Positions 1 to 9,622 of a DNA stretch of 64,000 nt are shown piece after piece. Both the position numbers and the translations under genes were made by a program. The DNA is from Curvularia clavata. Its lineage: Eukaryota. The notes beneath the pieces were generated by a model. The model saw only the letters and a program-made list of their open reading frames with translations, did not search any database and was not told the origin of the DNA. The DNA is taken from assembly GCA_023920165.1 (NCBI GenBank), contig CP089276.1:3162001-3226000 (forward strand). The letters run 5' to 3'. Every line of letters begins with the position of its first letter. The first letter of the stretch is position 1.

Positions 1-57
1 TCGACCAACCAGGTCTACAACGGTATTGGCAAGCTTATGGGCGACAAGGCTGTCTAA
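1..57 (+). CDS. Probable 3' end of a gene truncated by the window edge (…STNQVYNGIGKLMGDKAV*)
   Basis: Frame 1 is open from base 1 to TAA at 55-57, with C/T-ending codons like the highly expressed genes in this window, followed by a T-rich 3'UTR-like tract. Product not recognised. Confidence 0.45.
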   Translation, partial: STNQVYNGIGKLMGDKAV

Positions 58-795
58 AGCACTCTCCACCAGCAAACAACAACAATGCTTAAAGTCCCAA
101 GCCAGCTTGTCAACGCACTCTGCTACTACGTCGCGCCTTCTTCTTCTTTTCTTGTTTTTTTATTGTCAACTTGGAGCAGGCTCGAGGTGTATGGTGACCA
201 GTATGATACATATAGACTAGCGGGCCTCTCAACCCGAGTGAGCCTGCGTTGAGAAGCTCGTGGTATAGGATACAGCCCTGGATATTAGATGTTTGGGCAC
301 AATGACGGGGAAACGATGAAGTGACATGTTCTTGTCGGATATAGATCTTGCAGGCCTTCACAGCGACTGCGAGCGAAAGGTACATACTTTCTAGCTACAT
401 AATGATAATGCTTGTGAAGCATCTGCAGTGTGGCGTCTACTTGACTGTATTGAGTACTGAACTGTTCTGTCTAATGTGAAGAGTTGGAATAGCTCTGCAT
501 ATCGCAAACCCATCCTCAATTCCGAATTTTCGACACTGTAGTGCCAATGCGAACGTGCACTGTTACACTCTGAAAGCCGTGTAAAACATTCTAAGGGTCT
601 GACCGTTCGAACTAGGTAGATCAAGTGGAGTGGCTGGCGAGGCGCTATGTAGCGCGTGCAGGTGGAGTTGCCATTTCTCGCTTCGCACGGACCACACCAC
701 GCCAAGCTGGCCTATTTCGCAATTTCCTCTCCGCGACAACTTCAACTCTTCAGTCGTTACTAACCCCCAGCACAACCCGCTCAAAATCAGTCAAG

Positions 796-1605
796 ATGGG
801 AATCGACCTCGACCGCCACCATGTTCGAGACGGGCACCGCAGTATGTGATCCCCCCGTCGAGTCGGCGCAGCAATGCGCTGGCGTTAGCTGTCTTTAAGA
901 CGCAACATGAGCTTTCGAGAGGATAGAGATTGACGAGTGTACAGAGGTCCCTAAGTCCACCAACCCTTATGTCAAGCTGTTGGTGCGTCTGTACAAGTTC
1001 CTGGCTCGTAAGTACTGCAAATTCAATTTCGCGCATAGTCTGTGCTAACTGCGGACAGGCCGTACCGATGCCCCCTTCAACAAGACCGTTCTGCGACGTC
1101 TTATGATGTCCAAGACCAACCGTCCCGTAAGACGCCAACGATACGAATAACCGCCGAACAAAATCACTGACATGCCATAGCCGGTCTCTCTCTCCAAGAT
1201 CGTCTCCAACGCCAAGAACCACGAGGGCAAGACCATTGTCATCGTACGAGTCCCGAATCCAGCATCGCAGACGACTGGCTAACATGGGATTAGGTCGGCA
1301 CCGTTACTGACGACAACCGCATGCTCGAGCTCCCCAAGCTCTCCGTTGCGGCTCTCCGCTTCACTGCCTCCTCCCGCGCCCGCATCGAGAAGGCTGGTGG
1401 TGAGTGCCTCACCATCGACGAGGTTGCTACCCGCTCCCCCACCGGATCCAACACCCTCCTTCTCCGTGGACCCAAGAACGCCCGTGAGGCTTTCAAGCAC
1501 TTCGGCTTCGGTCCCCACTCCGGCAAGAAGCCCTACGTCGAGAGCAAGGGCCGCAAGTTCGAGCGTGCCCGTGGACGCAGAAGGTCGCGTGGTTTCAAGG
1601 TCTAA
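796..1605 (+). CDS. RPL18: 60S ribosomal protein L18 (eL18), 5 exons, 183 aa
   Basis: Exons 796-841, 945-1007, 1059-1126, 1181-1243, 1294-1605 (552 nt, all GT-AG) give [45 protein letters not shown]…SKTNRPPVSLS…GTVTDDNR…[13 protein letters not shown], the eL18 signature. Confidence 0.97.
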
Positions 1606-2492
1606 GCGTGTGCTACAAGTGGTTCGGTTTCTCTGGTTTGGCGTGGTCAAGGTCATGGGAATTCACTTATGAGGCGTGCATCATGACTAGCAATGGCTCT
1701 TTGAAGGCCTGCAAAAAGATACTCAATGCAATGAAAGCATACAATGGGCTCCGAGCTCATGGTCAGCCCAGGATTTTTTTTTCACTCAATATGTCTCGGT
1801 GTATATGCGGTGATTTCAGAACAAGACCCGATCCGACAGGCCAGTTCTCTGTATTCGGCAATCCAAAAAATCATTTTGGGTTGTTGGGCTTTGCGACAAA
1901 TTTTCCTGCGGCTCCTCCACATCCAATGAACACCTGCATGGGTCACTCCGGTCCAGGCAATGATAGCACCATACTCCACAATAGAAACTAACCAATTCCT
2001 TATAGTGCCTAGCAAAGGCAGTGCTGGTGAGTTGAGATCCTTGCAACTACCCCCACTACGACTTTTGTTGGATATCGAAGGAAGCGTCTCGGATTTGTAC
2101 AGAGCGCGCCAACAAAAAACTGGGTGTACAGGCAAGGACTTGTTCAAAAGATAAAACATAAATCTGAGCTTCTATTATTTGTCTACTAATTGTCTTGCAA
2201 CCTGCACTTTTTGTAGTGGTGCAGATTGAGCAATCTGGGTATTGACGTCCAATATCACGTGAAGTGACTTGGCACATTCACGATAAATCGACCAGTATTT
2301 CTTATCACTACGTCATGCACGTCTACTTCAATGCCCGCTACCTCTGAATTGGAAGTTTGATCCGGTCTGAAATTCGGAAAAAAAACGACGCAATTCCCAA
2401 ATCTAGCGAAAACGGTAATAATTTTTATCCGGCGTTGTCCCGCAACTACTTTTTCGGGCTGTTACCACTGACCTAGTTTTTGATTTGCGGGG

Positions 2493-2499
2493 TGACTCA
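2493..2499 (+). promoter_or_regulatory. TGACTCA Gcn4/CpcA (cross-pathway control) element upstream of ADE2
   Basis: Perfect TGACTCA about 50 nt upstream of the ADE2 ATG. TGACTC sites are known in yeast ADE gene promoters (Gcn4/Bas1). Confidence 0.6.
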
Positions 2500-2547
2500 A
2501 CCCCGTCATTGCACAACAGTTGCTTGACTTGACATCAGCATCGCAAA

Positions 2548-4251
2548 ATGGTCGACAGTCGCAAAGTCGGTGTCCTGGGCGGCGGCCAACTCGGTCGCAT
2601 GCTTATCGAAGCCGCCAACCGACTGAACATTCAAGTCAACGTCCTGGATGCTGCAGCAACACCCGCAAAGCAAATCTCGGCACACAATGGACACATTGAA
2701 GGATCTTTCAAGGATGCGGCAGCGGTGAAACAACTTGCACAGTCTTCTGATGTCGTCACCGTGGAGATTGAGCACGTGGACACCCACATGCTGGAGGAGG
2801 TTGCAGGACAGGTCGTTGTTGAACCAAGCTGGAAAACCCTACGGACCATCAAGGACAAATACGCGCAAAAGCAGTACTTGAAAGAGCATGGAGTCGATGT
2901 CGCAGACAGTATTGATCTTGAGGGCAAAGGAGTCGAGGGACTGAAAGAAGTTGGCTCGTCGTACGGGTATCCTTTTATGCTCAAGAGCAAGACGGAGGCC
3001 TATGATGGCAAGGGCAACTTTGTGGTCAAGAGCGAGGCAGATGTTGATGCGGCATTCGAAGCATTGGGAAAGCGACCGCTTTATGCTGAGAAATGGGCCG
3101 ACTTCAGAATGGAGCTTGCAGTGATGATTGTCAAGACCAAGGACGGCGTGCTCACCTTCCCTACTGTGGAGACTGTACATGAAGACAGCATCTGCAAACT
3201 CACGTACGCGCCTCCACGAAACGTATCTGAGAAGATTACACAGCAAGCTCAGGAGCTGGCCAAGAAGGCCATTGGCGCTTTCGAAGGAAAAGGCGTCTTT
3301 GGCGTCGAAATGTTCCTTCTCAAGGACGACAGCCTCCTCATCAATGAAATTGCACCTCGTCCACACAATTCCGGACACTATACCATCGAGGCCTGCCCTA
3401 TCTCACAATACGACGCCCACCTCCGCGCCATCCTTGATCTCCCCATATCACAGTCCAATCTCCGCCTCCGTGAGCCAGCAATCATGCTCAACATCCTCGG
3501 CGGCAAGACACCAGACTCCCACGTTCAAGTCGCCAACAAAGCCCTCGAGTCCCCCAACGCCTCGATCCACCTCTACGGCAAAGGTGACGCCCGTCCAGGC
3601 CGCAAGATGGGCCACATCACCGTAACGGCGCCCACGCTCGCCGCCGCCGAGCGCGAAATCCAACCTCTCATCGATTTCGTCGACTCGCAGAAAGGCAAGA
3701 CCGTCTCCCCCAGCTCCAAGTCTACTAAAGAAGACCCACTCATCGCCGTAATCATGGGTTCTGACTCTGACCTCCCCGTCCTCCGCGCCGGTCTCGAAAT
3801 CCTCACCAAGCTACAAATTCCCTTCACCACACGCATCACCTCCGCGCACCGCACGCCCGACTGGCTCCGCGAATTCTCCAAATCCGCATCTCAGACTAGT
3901 CTCAAAGTCATCATCGGCGCAGCAGGCGGCGCCGCCCATCTCCCCGGCATGTGCGCCTCGTGGACTACGCTGCCTGTTATTGGGCTCCCTGTCAAAGCTA
4001 GTGTGATGGATGGATGGGATAGTTTGGTGAGCATGACGCAGATGCCGAGGGGTGAGCCCGTGGCCACGGTGGGCATTAACAATTCGACGAATGCGGCGTT
4101 GTTGGCGGTGAGGATACTGGGCGCAGAGGACAAGGAGATTAGGGAGAGGTTGAGGGTGTGGATGGAGGGCAATGAAAAGGAAGTGTTGAGAAAGGATCAG
4201 GTGTTATTGGAGGGTGGATGGGAGGAGTATTTGAAGGCAATGGGGAAGTAA
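2548..4251 (+). CDS. ADE2: Phosphoribosylaminoimidazole carboxylase (PurK ATP-grasp + PurE), 567 aa, intronless
   Basis: GVLGGGQLGRM, EIEHVD, YDGKGN, NEIAPRPHNSGH, RKMGHIT; PurE motifs IMGSDSD, SAHRTP, AGGAAHLPGM, QMPRG.PVATV. Confidence 0.98.
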   Translation: MVDSRKVGVLGGGQLGRMLIEAANRLNIQVNVLDAAATPAKQISAHNGHIEGSFKDAAAVKQLAQSSDVVTVEIEHVDTHMLEEVAGQVVVEPSWKTLRTIKDKYAQKQYLKEHGVDVADSIDLEGKGVEGLKEVGSSYGYPFMLKSKTEAYDGKGNFVVKSEADVDAAFEALGKRPLYAEKWADFRMELAVMIVKTKDGVLTFPTVETVHEDSICKLTYAPPRNVSEKITQQAQELAKKAIGAFEGKGVFGVEMFLLKDDSLLINEIAPRPHNSGHYTIEACPISQYDAHLRAILDLPISQSNLRLREPAIMLNILGGKTPDSHVQVANKALESPNASIHLYGKGDARPGRKMGHITVTAPTLAAAEREIQPLIDFVDSQKGKTVSPSSKSTKEDPLIAVIMGSDSDLPVLRAGLEILTKLQIPFTTRITSAHRTPDWLREFSKSASQTSLKVIIGAAGGAAHLPGMCASWTTLPVIGLPVKASVMDGWDSLVSMTQMPRGEPVATVGINNSTNAALLAVRILGAEDKEIRERLRVWMEGNEKEVLRKDQVLLEGGWEEYLKAMGK

Positions 4252-4581
4252 GGGGGGTGTGAACTGCTGGTAGCATAGTGGTTTGGATGAGGCGGGGAAT
4301 GTTAGTGGCTTATACATTGGTTATGAGTGCTATTAAAAATGTTAAAAAAGACGTGTTGTGCAGTCAAATCGATTTATGTTTAAATATATATCACAAAAAG
4401 AACAATATGCATCTCAGGCTTTTCACTACATGTATTTCAAAAAGATATCACTTGATCAAGTCAAATATCTCACGAGACATAAAAAATATATATATTATCT
4501 CAACCCCCTTTTTCTCTTCACCTATATACAACCCCACCCCCTGATTCACCACTCTCTCTCATCTTCACATTCTCTCACACC

Positions 4582-6423
4582 TTAGTACTCAGCACCATAG
4601 CTCTCCTGCTCAGCACCGTAGGCCTCATCCTCAGTGGAACCGTAGCTGTTGCCCTCATCGCTGTAGGTGTTTCCCTCAGCACCGCCGTACTCGTTGGTGG
4701 GCTTGTAGGCGTTAGAGCTGGGAGTAGGAGTGGCCTGGTAGGCAGCTGGGGTGGTAGAGGCGGCAGGGTAGTTGTTGTAGGCAGCGGGAGAAGAAGCGGC
4801 CGGGGCGGGCTGGTAAGCAGCTGGGGAAGAGGCAGCAGGGACGGGAGCATAGCCGTGCTCAACAGCTGGGGAAGAAGCAGCTGGGTAAGCGTTGTAGACA
4901 GCTGAGGAGGCGGGGACGGGTGCGTAGCCGTGCTCAACAGCTGGGGAGGAGGCAGCCGGGTAGCTGTTGTATGCAGCCGGGGTAGACTTGGCGGGCTGGG
5001 TCTGGTAAGCAGCAGGAGTGCTGGAGCTCTCGCAAGGAGTGGAGCTGGGGCTAGCAACAGAGTACGCGGCCGGAGTAGACGAAGTAGCATACTTGGTCAT
5101 CATGGTGCTGGCGGCATAGCCGTGGCCGTACGCAGCCGGGGAAGACGACGCAGGGTAGGCATTGTAGGCGGCTGGGGAAGAAGAAGCTGGGTAACCGTGA
5201 TAGGCAGCTGGGGACGACGACGCAGGGTAGCCGTGGTAGGCAGCCGGGGAAGAAGAAGCAGGGTAAGTGCTGTTCTTAGCAGGCTGGGCGGAGTAGGATG
5301 GGTACTTGTTTCCGCCGTTGGGGCTCAGAGGAGAAGGAGAAGGCTTGTTGTAGCCGTAGCCGTGAGCAGCGGAAGGAGTAGCAGTGGGCTTCTCATACTC
5401 GCAGGTGTAGGCCTGGCCGGCAGAGGTGATGGTGACAGTCTGCGCGGGCTGGTGGTAGACACCAGCATCGTAGTGCTTGGCAGTCGGGTAGGTAACCTCG
5501 ACATCGTGGTCGTAGACGGTGGTGGTGGGCTTGGCAACCTCGTAGTGGCCGGTGGTGGAGGCGTAGATGGTGGTGTAGGAGACAACGGTCTCGGTCACAG
5601 TCTTACCACCCTCAGTCTTGGTCTTGTAAGCACCGTAGGGAGCGGTGATGTAGCCAGTGGAAGTGGCCTCGACGTACTGGCCACCGTAGGTGCAGGTCTC
5701 ACCAGCCTTAGCGGTGGTGGTGGCCTCAGCAGGGTGGTCAACGGGGTACTCGACTACCATATCCTTGCTGGGGACAACATAGACACCAGGCTTCTCGTAG
5801 ACCTTGACCTCAGGCTTGGGAGTGCCATACGAGTAGGTGTGCTCGTACTCGGCCCACTTGCCGCCCTTGTACTCCTTGACGTGGACGGGCTGCTCCTTGG
5901 AGCCCTGGGGGTAGAGACCAGAGCCAGGGTAGCCGTGAAGAGCGTTGGGGCCAAGCTCCTTGTAGGGAACCTCCTCGATCTTCTCGTACAGCTCATACCA
6001 GCAGTTGTCGGTGCCGTTCTTGGAGGAGACGCCAGTGGGCTGAGCGTATCCACCAGTGGCAGTAGCACTGTGGGTGATGGTCGTCTTGGTGTGGTAGACA
6101 ACAACCTTGTCATCAGTGCAAGTGACGGTGGCGTAGTTGTTGTCGTAGTCCTTGATGACAGTGGACACGTAGGTGTTCTCCTCCCACTTGTCACAGCTCT
6201 TGCCACCGTAAGCAGCAGACACGCAGGTCGGGTAGGCCTGGTTCTGGGTGGTCACGGTAACGGGCTGCTTGCCGTAGCCTGGGGTGATGGTGGCATATCC
6301 AGCAGGCTTGGAAGTAGTGGATGGCTTGACGGGAGCGCTGGAGTGAGCCTCACCGGCGTATCCGTAGCCACCGTAGGCCTGGTGGGCTGCAGCGGTGGCA
6401 GCGAAGATGATTGCGTACTTCAT
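4582..6423 (-). CDS. Secreted Tyr/Ala/Ser/Thr/Pro-rich cell-surface protein with tandem repeats, 613 aa
   Basis: Hydrophobic N-terminus MKYAIIFAATAAA, strong codon bias, Cys-containing N-terminal region, PGVY/AGVY-type internal repeats, YPASSSPAAY repeats and an acidic Tyr-rich C-terminus. No clear GPI signal. Confidence 0.85.
   Translation of the reverse strand: MKYAIIFAATAAAHQAYGGYGYAGEAHSSAPVKPSTTSKPAGYATITPGYGKQPVTVTTQNQAYPTCVSAAYGGKSCDKWEENTYVSTVIKDYDNNYATVTCTDDKVVVYHTKTTITHSATATGGYAQPTGVSSKNGTDNCWYELYEKIEEVPYKELGPNALHGYPGSGLYPQGSKEQPVHVKEYKGGKWAEYEHTYSYGTPKPEVKVYEKPGVYVVPSKDMVVEYPVDHPAEATTTAKAGETCTYGGQYVEATSTGYITAPYGAYKTKTEGGKTVTETVVSYTTIYASTTGHYEVAKPTTTVYDHDVEVTYPTAKHYDAGVYHQPAQTVTITSAGQAYTCEYEKPTATPSAAHGYGYNKPSPSPLSPNGGNKYPSYSAQPAKNSTYPASSSPAAYHGYPASSSPAAYHGYPASSSPAAYNAYPASSSPAAYGHGYAASTMMTKYATSSTPAAYSVASPSSTPCESSSTPAAYQTQPAKSTPAAYNSYPAASSPAVEHGYAPVPASSAVYNAYPAASSPAVEHGYAPVPAASSPAAYQPAPAASSPAAYNNYPAASTTPAAYQATPTPSSNAYKPTNEYGGAEGNTYSDEGNSYGSTEDEAYGAEQESYGAEY
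5122..5265 (-). repeat. Four 36-nt coding tandem repeats (YPASSSPAAYxx)
   Basis: Units 5122-5157, 5158-5193, 5194-5229, 5230-5265. Alternating GACGAC/GAAGAA variants suggest a 72-nt higher-order duplication. A second ~75-nt duplication (YPAASSPAVEHGYAPVPA) lies at about 4826-4975. Confidence 0.9.
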
Positions 6424-9400
6424 GTTGGTTATTGGTGGTTTATTAGGTTGAGTATTAAGTATAATAAGATCGTTGACAACGAATGACTAGGGTAAGAGAG
6501 TGTAGGAAAAAAGAGCGTGGTCGTCACTCAAGGAGCGCGAGGTGATTCTGAGACTGGATAGATCTTGCAGATGGAGAAGAAATCAAGAGAAGCACTCATC
6601 CATATATACTTACTGAGGCCGAAAGCTCGGTCTCAGGGAGGTGCCCCTGAAGTTGCGGGAGTCACAGCTCGCTTGCTATCACCATTATGCTCGATCCGAT
6701 CTACACCATGGCGCTACGGCTGCAAGAGCGTCTGAGAAGCACTTGAGTCTGTGTAGTTGTGAATACGAAGTACAAGCCTCTTCACCGGAGGCTTAAACAT
6801 ACACCGGAAGCTGCTTCAAGTTGATCTTGTGAGGTTCTTCTGTCCACTCTCTGGTTGCTTTTGCAGTAGGTAGTATTTTGTTATTCTTTGATTCCATCAT
6901 TTCACAAACCCGGATGAGATACTCACATCTACTGTGCACGCAACGAGTCGCCAAGCGAGTCATGACCTGAGATCCATTTTGGGGAGATGCATCTCCACAT
7001 TGTGAGGCCCTTAGTAGTTGAGCGTTAGCTGCCGGGTGTTAGCCCAGTGAAGTGTGGTTGCTAACCGTTCCGGTTCTGCCTATCCCTAGGTCTAGACTTG
7101 GGGGTCTTAGCGCTCTGGGCCGTCAATAGCGCGAACACAGGAATGGCATTGGGGAAAGTATATGCCTATGCCATCGTTGCGGCGGTGCGCAGCTTGATGG
7201 TACGAGTACTCAGCTGAGACTGTCAATCTGAGCACTCCAGTACCCGAATGCCATCAGAAGAATAAACACTCAGGCTTTACTTTTCAACACTGTCCAATGC
7301 AAAATCGCGATAATGTAAATTCACAGCGAATGTGGTTCACCCCGCAGCATTGAAGCCCGGGCCAGGTGGGTGATCGCTTGTGCTGTTCGCCAAAAGAACA
7401 GACCCCTTTAGGGGATACGCCACCTCGAATCCTGTCCTAGCGCATCCGGTTCTGGACGCCTGGTGCCGCCTGTCCAGGTACAGACATGCCAAAGCGGCCA
7501 AGCGAGGCTCTCATGGGCTCATGTTTTCGACGCACGATGCCAATAAATTATTGGTTTGCCAGGACCCTGTCTTAATGCCCCACCAATGCTCACTGTGTGG
7601 CTCAGGGAGATCGACCCAGCATGAACTGGTTGTGAATAAATATAAATTCCTGACGAATAGCTATGAACGACCGCTAAAGGGGCTGCGTTTCTCGAAGCCC
7701 GAGGCTTGACATTGGGGCTTGGTTTTCGGGTAAACAGTCAGCCATGTCTATTTTGGTGCCCGCGCCCTAAATGCGTGGTACGCCCTTTTGAGTCGTCGCC
7801 TTCAGACGTCCACTAGAAAAGGAGAGTGACATGTCGAAAGCGACTTTGAGTAATACACCATTCTGAGTTGTAGCTAGGCTTAAGCTAACTGCTGCGGCTC
7901 ACGAGCTCAACCCGCCCGAAGTCTACGTTTGTGGAGATTGGATGAGAGTCTCTCGGTTTGTTGCTTGATTGGACTGGCTGTTGTTCATTAGTCAAAAGTC
8001 TTTCAGCTACGGCTGTCACGGTGGATTGACCCCGAGTCTAGCTGCGATTCATGGCCTATAGGCCCGATCTAACTAGGTCTCTATCTGTACATGATTGGGT
8101 AGAATTTGCCTATAATGGATCTATTTTTGCTCAGATAATGTGCAGTTTCGCTTCGCTGAGGAAGTGATGCGGACTCCTCAACGGCTTGCTACAAGGTATT
8201 CGAAAGCGAAATTAAACGGCTGAGTTACGCCACATGCAGCTGTTACTTTCAAAATACGAGATGTCTCTTCGCAGCTGTATCGTGATGGCTGGTTAAGCGC
8301 TATGTTCCTGGGGTACACCTTGTTTTGGATTTGTGTCAACGAATCAATCATAGTAAGATCAGGAGCTGAATGACTTCTGGGCTTTACCTGAAAATTATCT
8401 TTTTCGATGAAACTCAGTTTCTGGCGATGCAAGTGAGACAGGCAACAATTGGATAGACACGCAGTTCCATCCCCAGAACCGGCGTCACGTACTGTCCAGT
8501 TACCAACAACGATCACAGCACATCTAACCTTGCCTCATCTCCTACAATTGATGCCCTCGTTTCCCTCTCGTAGCCTCACATCCAACGGCTCAGCTTAATA
8601 CATAGGAGACTAAGAACTAATATTCTGCAAAAACACAAAACACATTCTCCATCAAATCCCTTCTGCGCTCTCTGTTCGATTTTTCAAATAACTCTACTAT
8701 CCCTGAAAACCACGCATCATATCCATTAAAATTCATCGTACCAACCGTACATTCAACCCCAAGTACCAGTCCAGTGAACCACATACTCAACCTGTGTTTA
8801 TACATTATATATCTCTGTCGTACATAGACACCACTCTCCACACAACACTATTCCCAGCGCCTACTTTCCAATTTTCAAGTTATTCCATAACCAACTACTC
8901 AATTACAGATTTCACTCTGATCTCACAAGCTTGTTCTATACTGCCGTTTTGAAAAATTTGTTCTGTTCAAATACTTTACTTTGCCGAAAGCACCGATACT
9001 TTTTTTTATCAGCTCTGTTAGAAAATGAGAGCACATATTTGGAACTCAAAAAGGGCTTATATACCGTACGTGGACCACTCCCCCCTTTACTTTCGTCACA
9101 AAAATGTTTAATCTCACGGTGACACGGTGTTTGGCTAGGTATCAAGCTGCGACCACTATTTCAATACCTCACTCTTCTTTCATCGTCTTTGCGCTATACC
9201 TCGCAACATTCAATCCCGCAAAGGCGAAATCAGAATGCCATACCCAGCCACGAAATTCAGGATCAGCAGGGTATGTGGCACAAAGAATTACCGCCAGACG
9301 CCATTTACTGTTTTTCTCGGGAGGGAGGAAAAAAAAAAGGAAAACGAGTGAAGAGGGACGGGAGAAGGAAAAAGAAAATAAATAAAGGAAAAAGGGTAGT

Positions 9401-9622
9401 GCATACAAAGCCTCACTCCTTCTCTGTCTCGAAGATTCTCAATCATGTATACAGTAAGATGAGAAAAGATTCACGACAGCAGGAGCGAATTAAGTGGCAA
9501 ATAACAAAAGTATCATATATTATAAAAAGTCTGAAAAAAAAACACTCTCCAATGTATATCGAGTGGGGTATATTCCTGCCCCCCTCCCAAACCAACATCT
9601 CACCAATACTCCAAACTCCACA

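Noticed and set aside
617..627. TAGATCAAGTG resembling U2 snRNA
   Set aside because: The invariant GTAGTA branch-pairing sequence and the upstream GCCTTTTGGC stem are absent.
4582..6423. Repeat protein as a dikaritin/ustiloxin-type RiPP precursor
   Set aside because: Repeats are not delimited by KR/RR Kex2 sites, and no UstYa/DUF3328 or tyrosinase gene is in the window.
4930..6486. 518-aa + strand ORF antisense to the Tyr-rich gene
   Set aside because: Codon-aligned mirror of a strongly biased gene; the Gly/Val/Arg-rich translation has no protein-like features. The same applies to most overlapping ORFs in the track.
8590..9560. AT-rich stretch and 247-aa ORF (9189-9932) as a RIP-degraded transposon or gene
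   Set aside because: No terminal repeats, target-site duplication or transposase/RT motifs; composition fits the 3' flank of the HeLo gene.
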